The translations under genes were made by a program, and so were the position numbers. Under the pieces are notes generated by a model. It was not told where the DNA came from. It saw nothing but the letters and a program-made list of their open reading frames with translations, and ran no database searches. A stretch of 64,000 bases of DNA from Candidatus Shapirobacteria bacterium. GTDB taxonomy: Bacteria > Patescibacteriota > Microgenomatia > UBA12405. The DNA lies in contig JAQVSI010000002.1 in NCBI GenBank assembly GCA_028700625.1, positions 3,276-67,275 of the forward strand, given 5' to 3'. Positions 18,999 through 29,192 of this stretch are shown piece after piece (the first letter of the stretch is position 1; each line of letters opens with the position of its first letter).

Positions 18999-20996
18999 CT
19001 ACGGTTTTTTCCACCCTGCCCACTTACAGATTGGATATTTTGAACAACCAAAAAATTTTCTACCAGTCTTGGTTTTTCTTACCACTCCTTCAGCCCCACA
19101 TTCTGGACAATTGAATCCTGCTGCTTCTTGAAATTGTTTTGTATATTTACAATCTGGGAATCGACTACAAGAAATAAATTTACCAAATTTACCCAATCTA
19201 ACAACCAAATCACCTTCCTTGCATTCTGGACATTTTTCTCCAGTCCTTTCAACTTCAACTTTTACTCTTTCACTATTTCCTTCGGCTAATTTCAATTCTT
19301 TTTCAAATTTTTTCCAAAATTCTTTCATCATTTCCTTCCAATCTGTCTTCCCTAAGGAAACTTTATCTAAATCCTCTTCCATTTCTGCTGTAAAAGGTAA
19401 AGATAAAACATTGGCAAAGTTTTTTACCAAAAATTCATTAGTTGCTTGTCCTAAAACTGTTGGTTTAAATCTTCCTTCCTCTCTGTCAATATATTGTCTT
19501 AATAAAATAGTTGAAATAATTGGAGCATAAGTACTAGGTCTACCAATTCCTTGTTTTTCTAAACTAGACACTAAACTAGCATCACTATAACGAGGCATTG
19601 GATTAGTTTCCGACTCTAATAACCAATTTTTTTTACCATCAATTTTTTCATTTTCCTTAAGTTCTGGCAACACTTGATCTTCATGTTTATCGCCAGTAAT
19701 TTTCAAAAATCCATCGAATAACATTCTTACTCCTTTTGATTCAAAAGTACCGTTTCTATTGGCAAATAATATTGTTGTATTTTTCATTATTGCCGATGCT
19801 GCTTGAGTTGCTACTGCCCTTTTCCAAATCATTTCATACAATTTACTCTCTCTCAAATCACTTTCATCAACAAAATTTTTTGAAACATTTGTTGGTCTAA
19901 TTGCCTCATGTGCTTCTTGAGCATTTTTGGCAGTATTTTTATAAAATCTAACTTTTTCCACCACGTAATTTTGGCCAAATTTTTCTCCAATATATTTTCT
20001 AAAATCAGCAATAGATTTTTCTGACAAATAAACCGAATCCGTTCTGTGATAAGTGATTAAACCTTTTTCGTACAATTTTTGAGCAATACTCATTGTTTGT
20101 TTACCTGACCATCCCATTTTTCGAGAAGCGGCTTGTTGCAATTTTGAAGTAGTAAAAGCTGGTAATGGTAATCTGTGGAGTTCTTTTTCTATAATTTTAG
20201 TTATTAAAAACTCTTTCTCCATCTGATTAATATAACTTTCCGCATCATTTTTATCTTTAAAAATCGAAGTAGTAAAAGAATATTCCCCATCAAATAATTT
20301 TATTTTTTCTGTTTTATAGATATTTTTATCATCTATTTTGATCAATTCAGCCTTAAATTTTTTTCCATCCTTTTTTAATTCACTATAAACAGAAAAATAT
20401 TTTTCTTTCAAAAAAGCCAAGATCTCTTTTTCTCTTTCACAAATAAGTCTCACTGCCACCGATTGCACTCTTCCAGCCGACAGTCCTCTTCTAACTTTTT
20501 TCCATAAAATCGGAGACAAGCTATAACCCACTACTCTGTCCAAAACTCTTCTGCCTTGTTGAGCATTAACTAAAGCCATATCTATATCTCTAGATTGTTT
20601 TAAAGCCTCTTCGATGGCTTCTTTAGTAATTTCATGAAAAGTAACTCTGGTAATATTTTTTTTATCAATCAAACCTTTAACTTTCGATTCCAATATCCAC
20701 TTAACATGCCAAGAAATAGCCTCTCCTTCACGATCAGGATCGGACGCTAATAATATTTGTTTTGCTGATTTTGCTTCTTTAACCAATTCATCTACAACAT
20801 TCTTTTTCTTAATATCAATCACATATTCCACTTCAAAATTTTTGAAATCAATCGCCATCTTATTTGATGGCAAATCTCGAATATGTCCAACTGTTGCTAA
20901 AACTTTATAATCTCCACCTAAATATTTTCCGATGGTTCTGGCTTTTGTTGGTGACTCCACAATTAATAGTTTCTTCATTTTATCTTTCATTGTCAT
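18999..20996 (-). CDS. topA: DNA topoisomerase I
   Basis: IVESPTKA, DPDREGE, SAGRVQS, ITYHRTDS, C-terminal zinc ribbons. Confidence 0.97.
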   Translation of the reverse strand: MTMKDKMKKLLIVESPTKARTIGKYLGGDYKVLATVGHIRDLPSNKMAIDFKNFEVEYVIDIKKKNVVDELVKEAKSAKQILLASDPDREGEAISWHVKWILESKVKGLIDKKNITRVTFHEITKEAIEEALKQSRDIDMALVNAQQGRRVLDRVVGYSLSPILWKKVRRGLSAGRVQSVAVRLICEREKEILAFLKEKYFSVYSELKKDGKKFKAELIKIDDKNIYKTEKIKLFDGEYSFTTSIFKDKNDAESYINQMEKEFLITKIIEKELHRLPLPAFTTSKLQQAASRKMGWSGKQTMSIAQKLYEKGLITYHRTDSVYLSEKSIADFRKYIGEKFGQNYVVEKVRFYKNTAKNAQEAHEAIRPTNVSKNFVDESDLRESKLYEMIWKRAVATQAASAIMKNTTILFANRNGTFESKGVRMLFDGFLKITGDKHEDQVLPELKENEKIDGKKNWLLESETNPMPRYSDASLVSSLEKQGIGRPSTYAPIISTILLRQYIDREEGRFKPTVLGQATNEFLVKNFANVLSLPFTAEMEEDLDKVSLGKTDWKEMMKEFWKKFEKELKLAEGNSERVKVEVERTGEKCPECKEGDLVVRLGKFGKFISCSRFPDCKYTKQFQEAAGFNCPECGAEGVVRKTKTGRKFFGCSKYPICKWAGWKKP

Positions 20997-21024
20997 CTAT
21001 TCCCGACCAGCTGTCAACTACAAA

Positions 21025-21294
21025 TTACCTATTTTTGATCGATACTAAACCAATTTTTTCTTGTCCGCGAGTCACCAAAATATCAACAATTGTTCCATTT
21101 CCAGCCTTTTTTGCTTCATCCCAAAGACGATCTTCTGGATAATAACCCCTAACGTTTAATCTTTCTTCTCTACTATCACGGTGAACTGTTGCCACAAAGC
21201 CATCTCCATCTCTCAATAATTTTGACAACTCTACTCTTGATTTAAAATTTCCCACTTTATTCTTAAAAGCTTCTTTTATTTTTTCTAAACTCAT
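21025..21294 (-). CDS. Hypothetical protein
   Basis: 89-aa ORF between co-oriented genes. Confidence 0.5.
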   Translation of the reverse strand: MSLEKIKEAFKNKVGNFKSRVELSKLLRDGDGFVATVHRDSREERLNVRGYYPEDRLWDEAKKAGNGTIVDILVTRGQEKIGLVSIKNR

Positions 21295-21340
21295 TTTATT
21301 TTTAAAATATTATAGGCATATTATAATACTTTTTTTAAAA

Positions 21341-22978
21341 TTATTCTGAAATAATTTTTTTATCCACTTTTCTTGGAACAACCGTATTCGTTTCATCAAA
21401 CCATTCTTTCAAAATATCTCCCACAATTGGTGCCGCCACATCAGATCCTTCTCCTCCTCTCTCCACTAATACCGTAATTGAAATTTGCGGATCATCAGCT
21501 GGCGCAAAAGCCGTCAACCAAGCTTGAGTATCTTTACTACCATCACCAACTTCTGCCGTTCCTGTTTTACAAGCAATTTCTGTTTTAAAATTAAACAAAG
21601 GCCATGCCGTTCCACCCGATTTACAGGCATTTTTCATCCCCTGAACAATAGTTTCCCAGTTTTCATTTTTTATTTTTAAATCGGTACATTCCACCTTAGA
21701 ATCTTTCAAAACACTCATTTTGCATTTAACTCCCTTATTGGCAATAATATTAGTCATTTGATTAACCTGAAGTGGAGTAATACTTAAACCTCCTTGTCCT
21801 ATAGATAAATGATAAGTATCACCCAAATACCAATTTTCTCCCTTAACTTCTTTTTTCCATTTTTCATTTGGCACAATTCCATCCAATTCACCACTCAATT
21901 CCACTCCTGTCTTATTTCCGTAACCATATTTTTTAGTCCAATCATAAATTCTATTTAAACCCAATTTTTCTCCCAATTTATAAAAAAAGATATCATTTGA
22001 TCTCTGAATTGCTTTAATTATATTTACCATTCCATCACTTTTTCCACTCCAAGTCTTATAAGTATAATCTCCCACTTTTAAAACACCAATGTCTTCAATC
22101 TCTGTACTTTTATCTATCACTCCACTTTCAAGTCCTGCTGTTGCCATTACTATTTTAAATACTGATCCTGGACTATATCTTCCAGAAATTGTCCTATTCA
22201 TCATCGGCAAATTTTCATTGTCAGTTAAATATTCTTTAATTTTTTCTTGATTCGCATCATAAGAAAAAGCATTTGGATCAAAAGCTGGACTTGAAACCAT
22301 GTTAATTATCTTTCCGGTTTTTGGCTCACTAATTATCACTACTGCTTTTTTCCCATCTAAAAGTTTATAAATTTTCTCTTGCCAATAAGCATCTATCGAT
22401 AAATATAAATTTTTTGAAACTACAGGTTCTTGCCTTCCCAACTCTCTAACATACTTACCCCTAGCATCCACTTCAACCAATCTTCTTCCGTCAATTCCTC
22501 TAATTTGACAATCCAAAAATGATTCGATCCCACTTCTTCCCATCACCTCATTATCGCCCAATTTAATTTCACATTTGTTTTCATTTTTATCATCTTGATT
22601 AATTTTCCCCACATAGCCAGTAATAAAGGACATAGATTCCCCATATGGATAAAATCTTTTTAATTCATAAGCCAAATCTTTTCCCTCAAATTTATATCCA
22701 TGAAAATCTCCTACTCCTTCATAGATTTTACTGTCTCCATCCATTCTAAAATATTGATAAACACTTTTTGCTACAATTCTTCCTTTTCTATCCAAAATAA
22801 CTGACCTTGCTGCTGGAATTTTTTTTTCCATAAGCTTATTTTCTATGGCCAAATCTTTATAATATTTCCCTTTAACCACACTTAATTTCAAAATTGACAC
22901 CAAAATAATTCCCAAACTTAAAATTAAGCCAAATTTCATTAACCAATATTTCCAAGAACTGTCGTCTATTTGGTTCAT
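21341..22978 (-). CDS. mrdA: Class B penicillin-binding protein (PBP2-like)
   Basis: PGSVFK (SxxK), SND, KTGTAE; downstream of mreB. Confidence 0.88.
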   Translation of the reverse strand: MNQIDDSSWKYWLMKFGLILSLGIILVSILKLSVVKGKYYKDLAIENKLMEKKIPAARSVILDRKGRIVAKSVYQYFRMDGDSKIYEGVGDFHGYKFEGKDLAYELKRFYPYGESMSFITGYVGKINQDDKNENKCEIKLGDNEVMGRSGIESFLDCQIRGIDGRRLVEVDARGKYVRELGRQEPVVSKNLYLSIDAYWQEKIYKLLDGKKAVVIISEPKTGKIINMVSSPAFDPNAFSYDANQEKIKEYLTDNENLPMMNRTISGRYSPGSVFKIVMATAGLESGVIDKSTEIEDIGVLKVGDYTYKTWSGKSDGMVNIIKAIQRSNDIFFYKLGEKLGLNRIYDWTKKYGYGNKTGVELSGELDGIVPNEKWKKEVKGENWYLGDTYHLSIGQGGLSITPLQVNQMTNIIANKGVKCKMSVLKDSKVECTDLKIKNENWETIVQGMKNACKSGGTAWPLFNFKTEIACKTGTAEVGDGSKDTQAWLTAFAPADDPQISITVLVERGGEGSDVAAPIVGDILKEWFDETNTVVPRKVDKKIISE

Positions 22979-24087
22979 TCTTTTAATCCAGACACCAATT
23001 TAACTTGTTTTAACATCTCTCTGTTTTGAATCAATTCACCACAACCTTTAATTACCATCATTCCTGCTTCTTCCAAAACCCTAGTAAAAATTTTTGTCTC
23101 ACTCTCGATTAATTGCGCTAAACCATTTATTTTCCCCCCATTTCCCACTAAAATAATTCCTCTTTTTAATATATCTTCCATCAATTCTGGAGGTGTTTCA
23201 TCCAAAACCGTTGAAACTAATTTAACTATTTTTATTAACTCCATAGCCATCGCTTCTTTTATTTCCGTCTCTGTTATTCTAACTGTTTTTGGCAAACCAC
23301 TTTCCAAGTCTCGACCTCTCACCAAAGCTGTTTTTTTCTCCCCATCTTTATCTAAATTACCAGTTTCCATTTTTATTTTTTCAGCACCATTAACTCCAAT
23401 CAATATTCCGTATTTCATCTTCACGTAGTTAATAATACTAATGTCTAGATCATTACCAGCTGTTTTAATTCCTCTCCCAACAACCACTCCTCCCATTGAA
23501 ATTACACTTACTTCAGTTTTGCCTCCCCCCACATCCACAATAACCAAACCAGAACAACTATCAGTAGGTAAACCAATCCCAATTGCTGCCAAAACCACTT
23601 CTTCCAAGAGAACAACTTCTTTTGCTCCAGCATTTAAAAAAATAGATTTTACAGCTCTTTTTTGAACTTGGTTAATTGAACTTGGCACTCCTACAATTAC
23701 TTTTGGTTTAAAAAACTTAGGATATTTAGACGGAATTTCATAAATAAGCTTTAAGTAATAAGAAATCAAACTTTCCAGTGCCTCCAAATCAGAAATAACT
23801 CCATTTTTGATAGGACTTACAACTTCGATTTGTTTTGGTTCTCGATTAAGCATTTCTTTGGCTTTAAAACCAAAAGCAATTGGTCCACTTTTTTTTGATT
23901 TTGGTGCCGATAACCCTGTCCATCTCTTTTTTTTCTGACGAGCAATCATAGTTGGTTCATCAATAATCACTCCTCTGTCTTTTAAATAGATCAAAGTATT
24001 ACTACTACCAAGATCAACTCCAACTTCCCAACTAAAAAGTGAGAAAAATATTTTTATTTTATTCTTTAGTAATGCAAACTTGGTCAC
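22975..24087 (-). CDS. mreB: Rod shape-determining protein MreB
   Basis: GVDLGSSNT, IVDVGGGKTEV, GRDLESGLP, TPPEL. Confidence 0.93.
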   Translation of the reverse strand: MTKFALLKNKIKIFFSLFSWEVGVDLGSSNTLIYLKDRGVIIDEPTMIARQKKKRWTGLSAPKSKKSGPIAFGFKAKEMLNREPKQIEVVSPIKNGVISDLEALESLISYYLKLIYEIPSKYPKFFKPKVIVGVPSSINQVQKRAVKSIFLNAGAKEVVLLEEVVLAAIGIGLPTDSCSGLVIVDVGGGKTEVSVISMGGVVVGRGIKTAGNDLDISIINYVKMKYGILIGVNGAEKIKMETGNLDKDGEKKTALVRGRDLESGLPKTVRITETEIKEAMAMELIKIVKLVSTVLDETPPELMEDILKRGIILVGNGGKINGLAQLIESETKIFTRVLEEAGMMVIKGCGELIQNREMLKQVKLVSGLKE

Positions 24088-24132
24088 TTTAAAATTATAA
24101 CAAGTTAGAGCTCTTAAGTTACAATAGAACTT

Positions 24133-26136
24133 ATGAAGTCTTTTATTAAGTCTGTTCGTTTTCTGTTTTTGACCCTCTTTTTTGTCACTCCTTTAATTTT
24201 TACCCAGTCCAATTCCGAGCTTTTCGAATTACCAAAAATGTATTTTGTATATCTTTTAACCATTTTAATAACTACTTTTCATCTAGTTAATGTCTTTAAA
24301 AAACAAGCTCCTCTATTTAAAAAAACTTTTCTAGACATCCCTTTGCTTTTATTTCTAATTTCTCAAATAATTTCCACTATTTATTCAATCGATCCTCATA
24401 CTTCCTTTTTTGGTTATTACTCCAGACTTAATGGCGGTCTTTTATCGTTAATCTGTTATGCCCTTTTGTACTGGATTCTTTCGATTTACATCAATTCTAA
24501 TTTCAAAAAACAAATCATTAATTTTTCATTACTTTCCGGTTTTTTAATTTCTATTTATGCTATTGCCCAGCATTTTGGTATCGATAAAAATTTATGGGTT
24601 CAAGACGTTCAATCTCGAGTTTTTTCCACCCTCGGCCAACCAAATTGGCTCGCCGCCTATCTTTGTATCCTACTTCCATTTTCTATTTACAAATTTTTTC
24701 AATCAATCAATACGTACGGGCGTATTGCCATACGCCCCTATCTTTATTTATTTTTAACATTAATTTTTTATATTTCTATTCTTTTCACCAAATCCAAATC
24801 TGGTATCATTGCCTGCCTCATTTCCCTTTTTGTATACTTCACCTTCTCTTTCTTAAAAAACAAAAATTCTCGAAAATTGTTAATTCTTAATTATTCATTA
24901 TTAATTATTCTTTCGCTTTTAATCGCTAATCCAATCAAAGATCAACTTTTCCCTCCTAAATTGGAAATTGGAAATTCGACATTAGAAATTAATAACAAAT
25001 TAAACATTACCCCCTCAGGTGATATCCGAAAAATTGTTTGGACTGGCGCCGTTGATCTTTGGAAAAAATTTCCTATTTTTGGCACTGGTGTTGAAACTTT
25101 TGCGTATTCCTATTATTGGACTCGTCCTGTTAAACATAATTTAACCTCTGAATGGGATTTTCTCTACAACAAAGCCCATAACGAATATATTAATTATCTA
25201 GCCACCACCGGTGCCATCGGTCTAATCACTTATTCAATTTTAATATTTACTTTTCTTTTTTCTTTAATCAAAAATTTAATTAGAAATTGGAAATTAGAAA
25301 TTGAAAATTTATCTCTAGTTATTTTAACTTCATATATTTCTATTCTCATTACCAATGCCGCCGGCTTCTCTGTAGTTTCCACTTCACTTTTCTTCTTCCT
25401 CCTCCCCGCTCTTTTAATTCCCGATCAAAATACTAAAGTAGAGACGTTGCATGCAACGTCTCTACACAAATTCTTAATTATTCCTCTAATTTTAATTAGT
25501 TTTATCTTCACTAAAAGAATAATCTTCTTTTATCTAGCCGACATTGCCTACAGCCAAGCCGAAACTTATGATTCTAGAAATAATTATAAAACTGCTCTTT
25601 CTTATCTTCAAATAAGTCATCAGTTCAACCCCAAAGAACCCTTATATACTGACAAACTAGCTACTATTTACTCAAAAATTGCTTTAAATAGTGAAAAACA
25701 AGAAGATATCGACAAATCTATAAATTATTCTAATCTAACTATTAAAATTTCTCCTAGTAATATTAATTTTTGGAAAGAACGAGCTCAAGTTTATCTTTAT
25801 CTTTCAGGAGTTGATTCAAAATATTTTTCCGAAGCCATTATTTCTCTCGATAAAGCTAGTCTTTTAGCCCCAACCGACGCCAAAATTTATTATTCAATTG
25901 GTCAATTCCTAGAAACTGCCAGTCTTCAAAAAGAAGCTATTCCTTATTATCAAAAAGCCATTGAATTAAAACCAAATTACGATTATGCCTATTTTGCTCT
26001 GGGCAAAATTTATTTATCTCAAAAAGAAAATATATTAGCTAAAAAAAATCTACAAAAAGCCGTTGATTATTCTTATCCCACCAACTCCGAAGCCGAAAGA
26101 CTACTTAAAACCATTTTCCCTGCCACCTCTTTATAA
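24133..26136 (+). CDS. O-antigen-ligase-like polytopic membrane protein with C-terminal TPRs
   Basis: RVFSTLGQPNWLA, PIFGTG, KAHNEY, TPR-like YQKAIELKPNY. Confidence 0.88.
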   Translation: MKSFIKSVRFLFLTLFFVTPLIFTQSNSELFELPKMYFVYLLTILITTFHLVNVFKKQAPLFKKTFLDIPLLLFLISQIISTIYSIDPHTSFFGYYSRLNGGLLSLICYALLYWILSIYINSNFKKQIINFSLLSGFLISIYAIAQHFGIDKNLWVQDVQSRVFSTLGQPNWLAAYLCILLPFSIYKFFQSINTYGRIAIRPYLYLFLTLIFYISILFTKSKSGIIACLISLFVYFTFSFLKNKNSRKLLILNYSLLIILSLLIANPIKDQLFPPKLEIGNSTLEINNKLNITPSGDIRKIVWTGAVDLWKKFPIFGTGVETFAYSYYWTRPVKHNLTSEWDFLYNKAHNEYINYLATTGAIGLITYSILIFTFLFSLIKNLIRNWKLEIENLSLVILTSYISILITNAAGFSVVSTSLFFFLLPALLIPDQNTKVETLHATSLHKFLIIPLILISFIFTKRIIFFYLADIAYSQAETYDSRNNYKTALSYLQISHQFNPKEPLYTDKLATIYSKIALNSEKQEDIDKSINYSNLTIKISPSNINFWKERAQVYLYLSGVDSKYFSEAIISLDKASLLAPTDAKIYYSIGQFLETASLQKEAIPYYQKAIELKPNYDYAYFALGKIYLSQKENILAKKNLQKAVDYSYPTNSEAERLLKTIFPATSL

Positions 26137-26642
26137 AACTTTCCATTTTCTTCTTTAATATGATCAACAAAAACAATTCCATCCAAATGATCAGATTCAT
26201 GTTGCCACACAATTGCATCAAAACCAATTAATGTTTTGTTTTTTGTCACCAATTTTCCTTTTTCAATTTCTTGCCAAAAAACCTCTATTTTTAAAAACCT
26301 CTTAACTGTTCCAAAAAAACCAGGAAAAGACAAACATCCTTCCAAAAAATCATCCTCTTTCCCATTTTCATCAACTAATTTAGGGTAAACTTTTTCTCCA
26401 TAAGTTTTAACTATTTTAGGATTAATAAAAACCAAAACACTGTCTTTACTCCCCATTTCTTTACTTCCAAAAAACCTTTTACTTATTCCAATCTGTGGCG
26501 CCGCCAAACCTGCTGCATTATCGCCTGCCTGTAATATTTTTTTTAAATCTTTAATTTCTTCCAGTAATTTTTTATCAACTTCTTTGATTTCCTCTGTCTT
26601 TTGTCTTAAAATTTCAGCTGGATAAAGAACAATTTTTCTCAT
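26073..26642 (-). CDS. def: Peptide deformylase
   Basis: GLAAPQIG, EGCLS, QHESDHLDG. Confidence 0.96.
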   Translation of the reverse strand: MRKIVLYPAEILRQKTEEIKEVDKKLLEEIKDLKKILQAGDNAAGLAAPQIGISKRFFGSKEMGSKDSVLVFINPKIVKTYGEKVYPKLVDENGKEDDFLEGCLSFPGFFGTVKRFLKIEVFWQEIEKGKLVTKNKTLIGFDAIVWQHESDHLDGIVFVDHIKEENGKFYKEVAGKMVLSSLSASELVG

Positions 26643-26675
26643 ACGGTATTTTACCAAATCTTGATAAACTATCTC

Positions 26676-27515
26676 ATGACTAACATTATTTTCTTTGGTT
26701 CATCCGAACATTCTGTCATCATTCTTAAAAAACTTCTTGAAATTAAAGATTTTAATGTTTTGGCCGTTTTTACTAAACCAGACAAAGCCACTGGTCGCGC
26801 TCAAGAAATCACTAAAAATCCAGTTTCCTCTTTCGCCAACCAAAACAACCTCAAACTTATCCAAATTGAAGAATTTACTCAAGAAGTCAAATCTGAGATC
26901 CGAGATCTTAAATCTGATATCGCTTTATGTGTCGCTTTCGGTCCTCCTTATTTTGATCAAGAAATGATTGCTATTCCCAAATTTAAAATCGTTAACATCC
27001 ATCCATCACCATTACCAAAATATCGCGGTGCCACCCCCGGCCCTTGGCAAATAATCAATGGCGAAACTAAAAGCGCTGTCACTTTCTTCCAAATCGATGC
27101 TCTGCCCGACCACGGCCCCATTATTGCCCAAATTCCATTTGAAATTAGTTCACAAGAAACCGCCACCAGTTTTTATCAAAAAGCTTTTAATATTGCTTCT
27201 GATAATTTAGAAAATGTTTTAAAGTCTTATATTTCCAACCCAACCAATTTAACCACTCAAAATGATACTCAAAAAACCTATTTTCCAAAATTCAACAAAG
27301 ACAATGCCAAAATTGACTGGAACTGGGACGAAATCAAAATCAATCGCTTTATTCACGCTTTAAACCCTTGGCCAATTGCTTGGACTTTTGTTAACAATCA
27401 ACAAGGTCAAAAATTAAAAATGAAGATGTTTTCCAGAACCTTAGTCCAAATCGAAGGCAAGAAAATCACTCCTTGGTCAGAAATTTCAAAATATTATACT
27501 ATAAATAAATCCTAA
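26676..27515 (+). CDS. fmt: Methionyl-tRNA formyltransferase
   Basis: NIHPSPLPKYRGATP, ALNPWP. Confidence 0.92.
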   Translation: MTNIIFFGSSEHSVIILKKLLEIKDFNVLAVFTKPDKATGRAQEITKNPVSSFANQNNLKLIQIEEFTQEVKSEIRDLKSDIALCVAFGPPYFDQEMIAIPKFKIVNIHPSPLPKYRGATPGPWQIINGETKSAVTFFQIDALPDHGPIIAQIPFEISSQETATSFYQKAFNIASDNLENVLKSYISNPTNLTTQNDTQKTYFPKFNKDNAKIDWNWDEIKINRFIHALNPWPIAWTFVNNQQGQKLKMKMFSRTLVQIEGKKITPWSEISKYYTINKS

Positions 27516-27810
27516 CATTAGGCCAAATTTAAATTCAATTTTTAAATTTATTGGAAAATTTCACCATTAATGAATTGTCTTTTTTCTGCAAACTTCCGCC
27601 TTTTTGTAATTTATTTTTAATTATTAATTCTTAATTATTAATTTTTTAAAAATAAAATTTAACCATATAATAGGAATTATTTTCAAAAATTTGACAAAAA
27701 TTATTTCAAATTTAGTTTACAAAAAATTAAATTTTGCCGATAAATAGGATTTTATTTTTTTGACATTTTTTTTAAATCCTTTTTAATTAATTAAAGGAGG
27801 AAAACAAAAT

Positions 27811-27924
27811 ATGGCAGTCAAAAAAAAGAAAGCAGCTAAAAAAGTTGCAAAGAAAAAAGTTGTCAAAAAAGTAGCCAAGAAAAAAGCTACTAAAAAAGTC
27901 GCCAAAAAAGCTAAAAGAAAATAA
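27811..27924 (+). CDS. 37-aa Lys/Ala-rich histone-H1-like small basic protein
   Basis: SD AAAGGAGG; MAVKKKKAAKKVAKKKVVKKVAKKKATKKVAKKAKRK; below the ORF-track length cutoff. Confidence 0.8.
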   Translation: MAVKKKKAAKKVAKKKVVKKVAKKKATKKVAKKAKRK

Positions 27925-27954
27925 AGGAAAAAATTTTCAAACTTAAAACGGTGC

Positions 27955-28161
27955 TTATTTAAGTGCCGTTTTTTGTTCTTCAGCTTCTTTTTTAAGTCTT
28001 TTTAAACATTTGGTACAAAAAATACCGCTAATTTTATTTTCTCCCACATCTAAAGTGACCTTTTGAATATTAGCCATAAAAGTTCTAGGTGTTCTATTTT
28101 GGGCGTGTGATCGGTTTTGACCAATCCTTGTTCCCTTGTTACATAAACTGCATGTTCTCAT
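27955..28161 (-). CDS. rpmB: 50S ribosomal protein L28
   Basis: CSLCNK..RSHAQNRTPRTFMANIQ..CTKCLK. Confidence 0.93.
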   Translation of the reverse strand: MRTCSLCNKGTRIGQNRSHAQNRTPRTFMANIQKVTLDVGENKISGIFCTKCLKRLKKEAEEQKTALK

Positions 28162-28199
28162 AGTAAGGTATAATATCAAAACAAACTATTTTTTGAAAT

Positions 28200-28805
28200 A
28201 TGGTAAATATAATTTCTTTAATTATCTCTGTAATTGCTCTTATTATTGCTATCACTATTCATGAATTTTCTCATGCTTTAACTGCCGATCGTCTTGGCGA
28301 TCCAACTCCCCGCTCCCAAGGTCGTCTAACCCTAAATCCCCTCCGACACCTCGATCTTGTCGGCACTATTATGATTTTTTTAGTTCATTTTGGTTGGGGA
28401 AAACCAGTCCAAATTGACCCTTATAATTTAAAAAATCCCAAAAGAGATGAGTTATTAATTTCTTTAGCTGGCCCAGCTAGCAATTTAATTTTAGCCGCTC
28501 TTTTGTCTTTAATAATTCGTTTTGTTCCATTAAATGACTTAAGTGGATTTTTAATTTACACCATAATTCAACTCAATGTTTTATTAGCTATCTTTAATTT
28601 AATCCCTATTCCACCCCTTGATGGTTCAAAAATCTTTTTAAATTTACTTCCCAATAATATTTCCACAAAATGGCAAGAAGCTTTCAATCAATATGGATTC
28701 ATTCTCCTTATTATCTTTCTTTTTCTTCCCATCATTAACGGAGAAACTTTAATTAGTGTAATTATCACCCCAATTATGAGTGTTATCTTAAATTTTCTTA
28801 TTTAG
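28200..28805 (+). CDS. Site-2 protease (M50)
   Basis: HEFSH, GDPTP, AGPASN, NLIPIPPLDG. Confidence 0.93.
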   Translation: MVNIISLIISVIALIIAITIHEFSHALTADRLGDPTPRSQGRLTLNPLRHLDLVGTIMIFLVHFGWGKPVQIDPYNLKNPKRDELLISLAGPASNLILAALLSLIIRFVPLNDLSGFLIYTIIQLNVLLAIFNLIPIPPLDGSKIFLNLLPNNISTKWQEAFNQYGFILLIIFLFLPIINGETLISVIITPIMSVILNFLI

Positions 28806-29003
28806 TTCTTCGACCATTTTATCAATTTCGCCAGCAGTCAATCCATGAACCAAAGCCCCTTGCTCTAAGGTTTCCATCGAAGCTGCCATACAACCCACAC
28901 AATGAAAACCATAATCATCAGTCAAAATCGATGCCAAGTTTGGATTTTGCTCTATTAAATCTAGAATTAGAATATCTTTGTTTATTTTTGTCTTGTTTTT
29001 CAT
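28788..29003 (-). CDS. DUF1858 domain protein
   Basis: GFHCVGCMAASMETLEQGALVHG. Confidence 0.88.
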   Translation of the reverse strand: MKNKTKINKDILILDLIEQNPNLASILTDDYGFHCVGCMAASMETLEQGALVHGLTAGEIDKMVEELNKKI

Positions 29004-29035
29004 TGGTCAAATTATAGCAAAAATGTTAAAATAAA

Positions 29036-29191
29036 GTGTCCTATCAAGAGCAGTACTTTAAGAAGGTGTTTTTTCTAACTAATCATCTTAAATGGGAAAC
29101 GCGTTTTCAAGGTTTGCACTTTGGAATAGTTTTCCACCACGTTTTTTTAGCGTGGAAAAGCCGTTATTAAAGAAAACTTTTGGTGGGACTC
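29036..29191 (+). ncRNA. ssrS: Probable 6S RNA
   Basis: TGtTAAAAT just upstream; closing stem gtcctatcaagag/cttttggtgggac, second stem ctttaa..ttttc/gaaaa..ttaaag, ~156 nt, no ORF. Confidence 0.65.
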
Positions 29192-29192
29192 T

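Noticed and set aside
26073-26136. 64-nt convergent overlap of def and the ligase gene
   Set aside because: Both proteins look complete; likely simple stop-codon drift in a compact genome
27516-27810. AT-rich gap considered as oriC
   Set aside because: No DnaA-box cluster, no dnaA/dnaN nearby, and no visible skew switch
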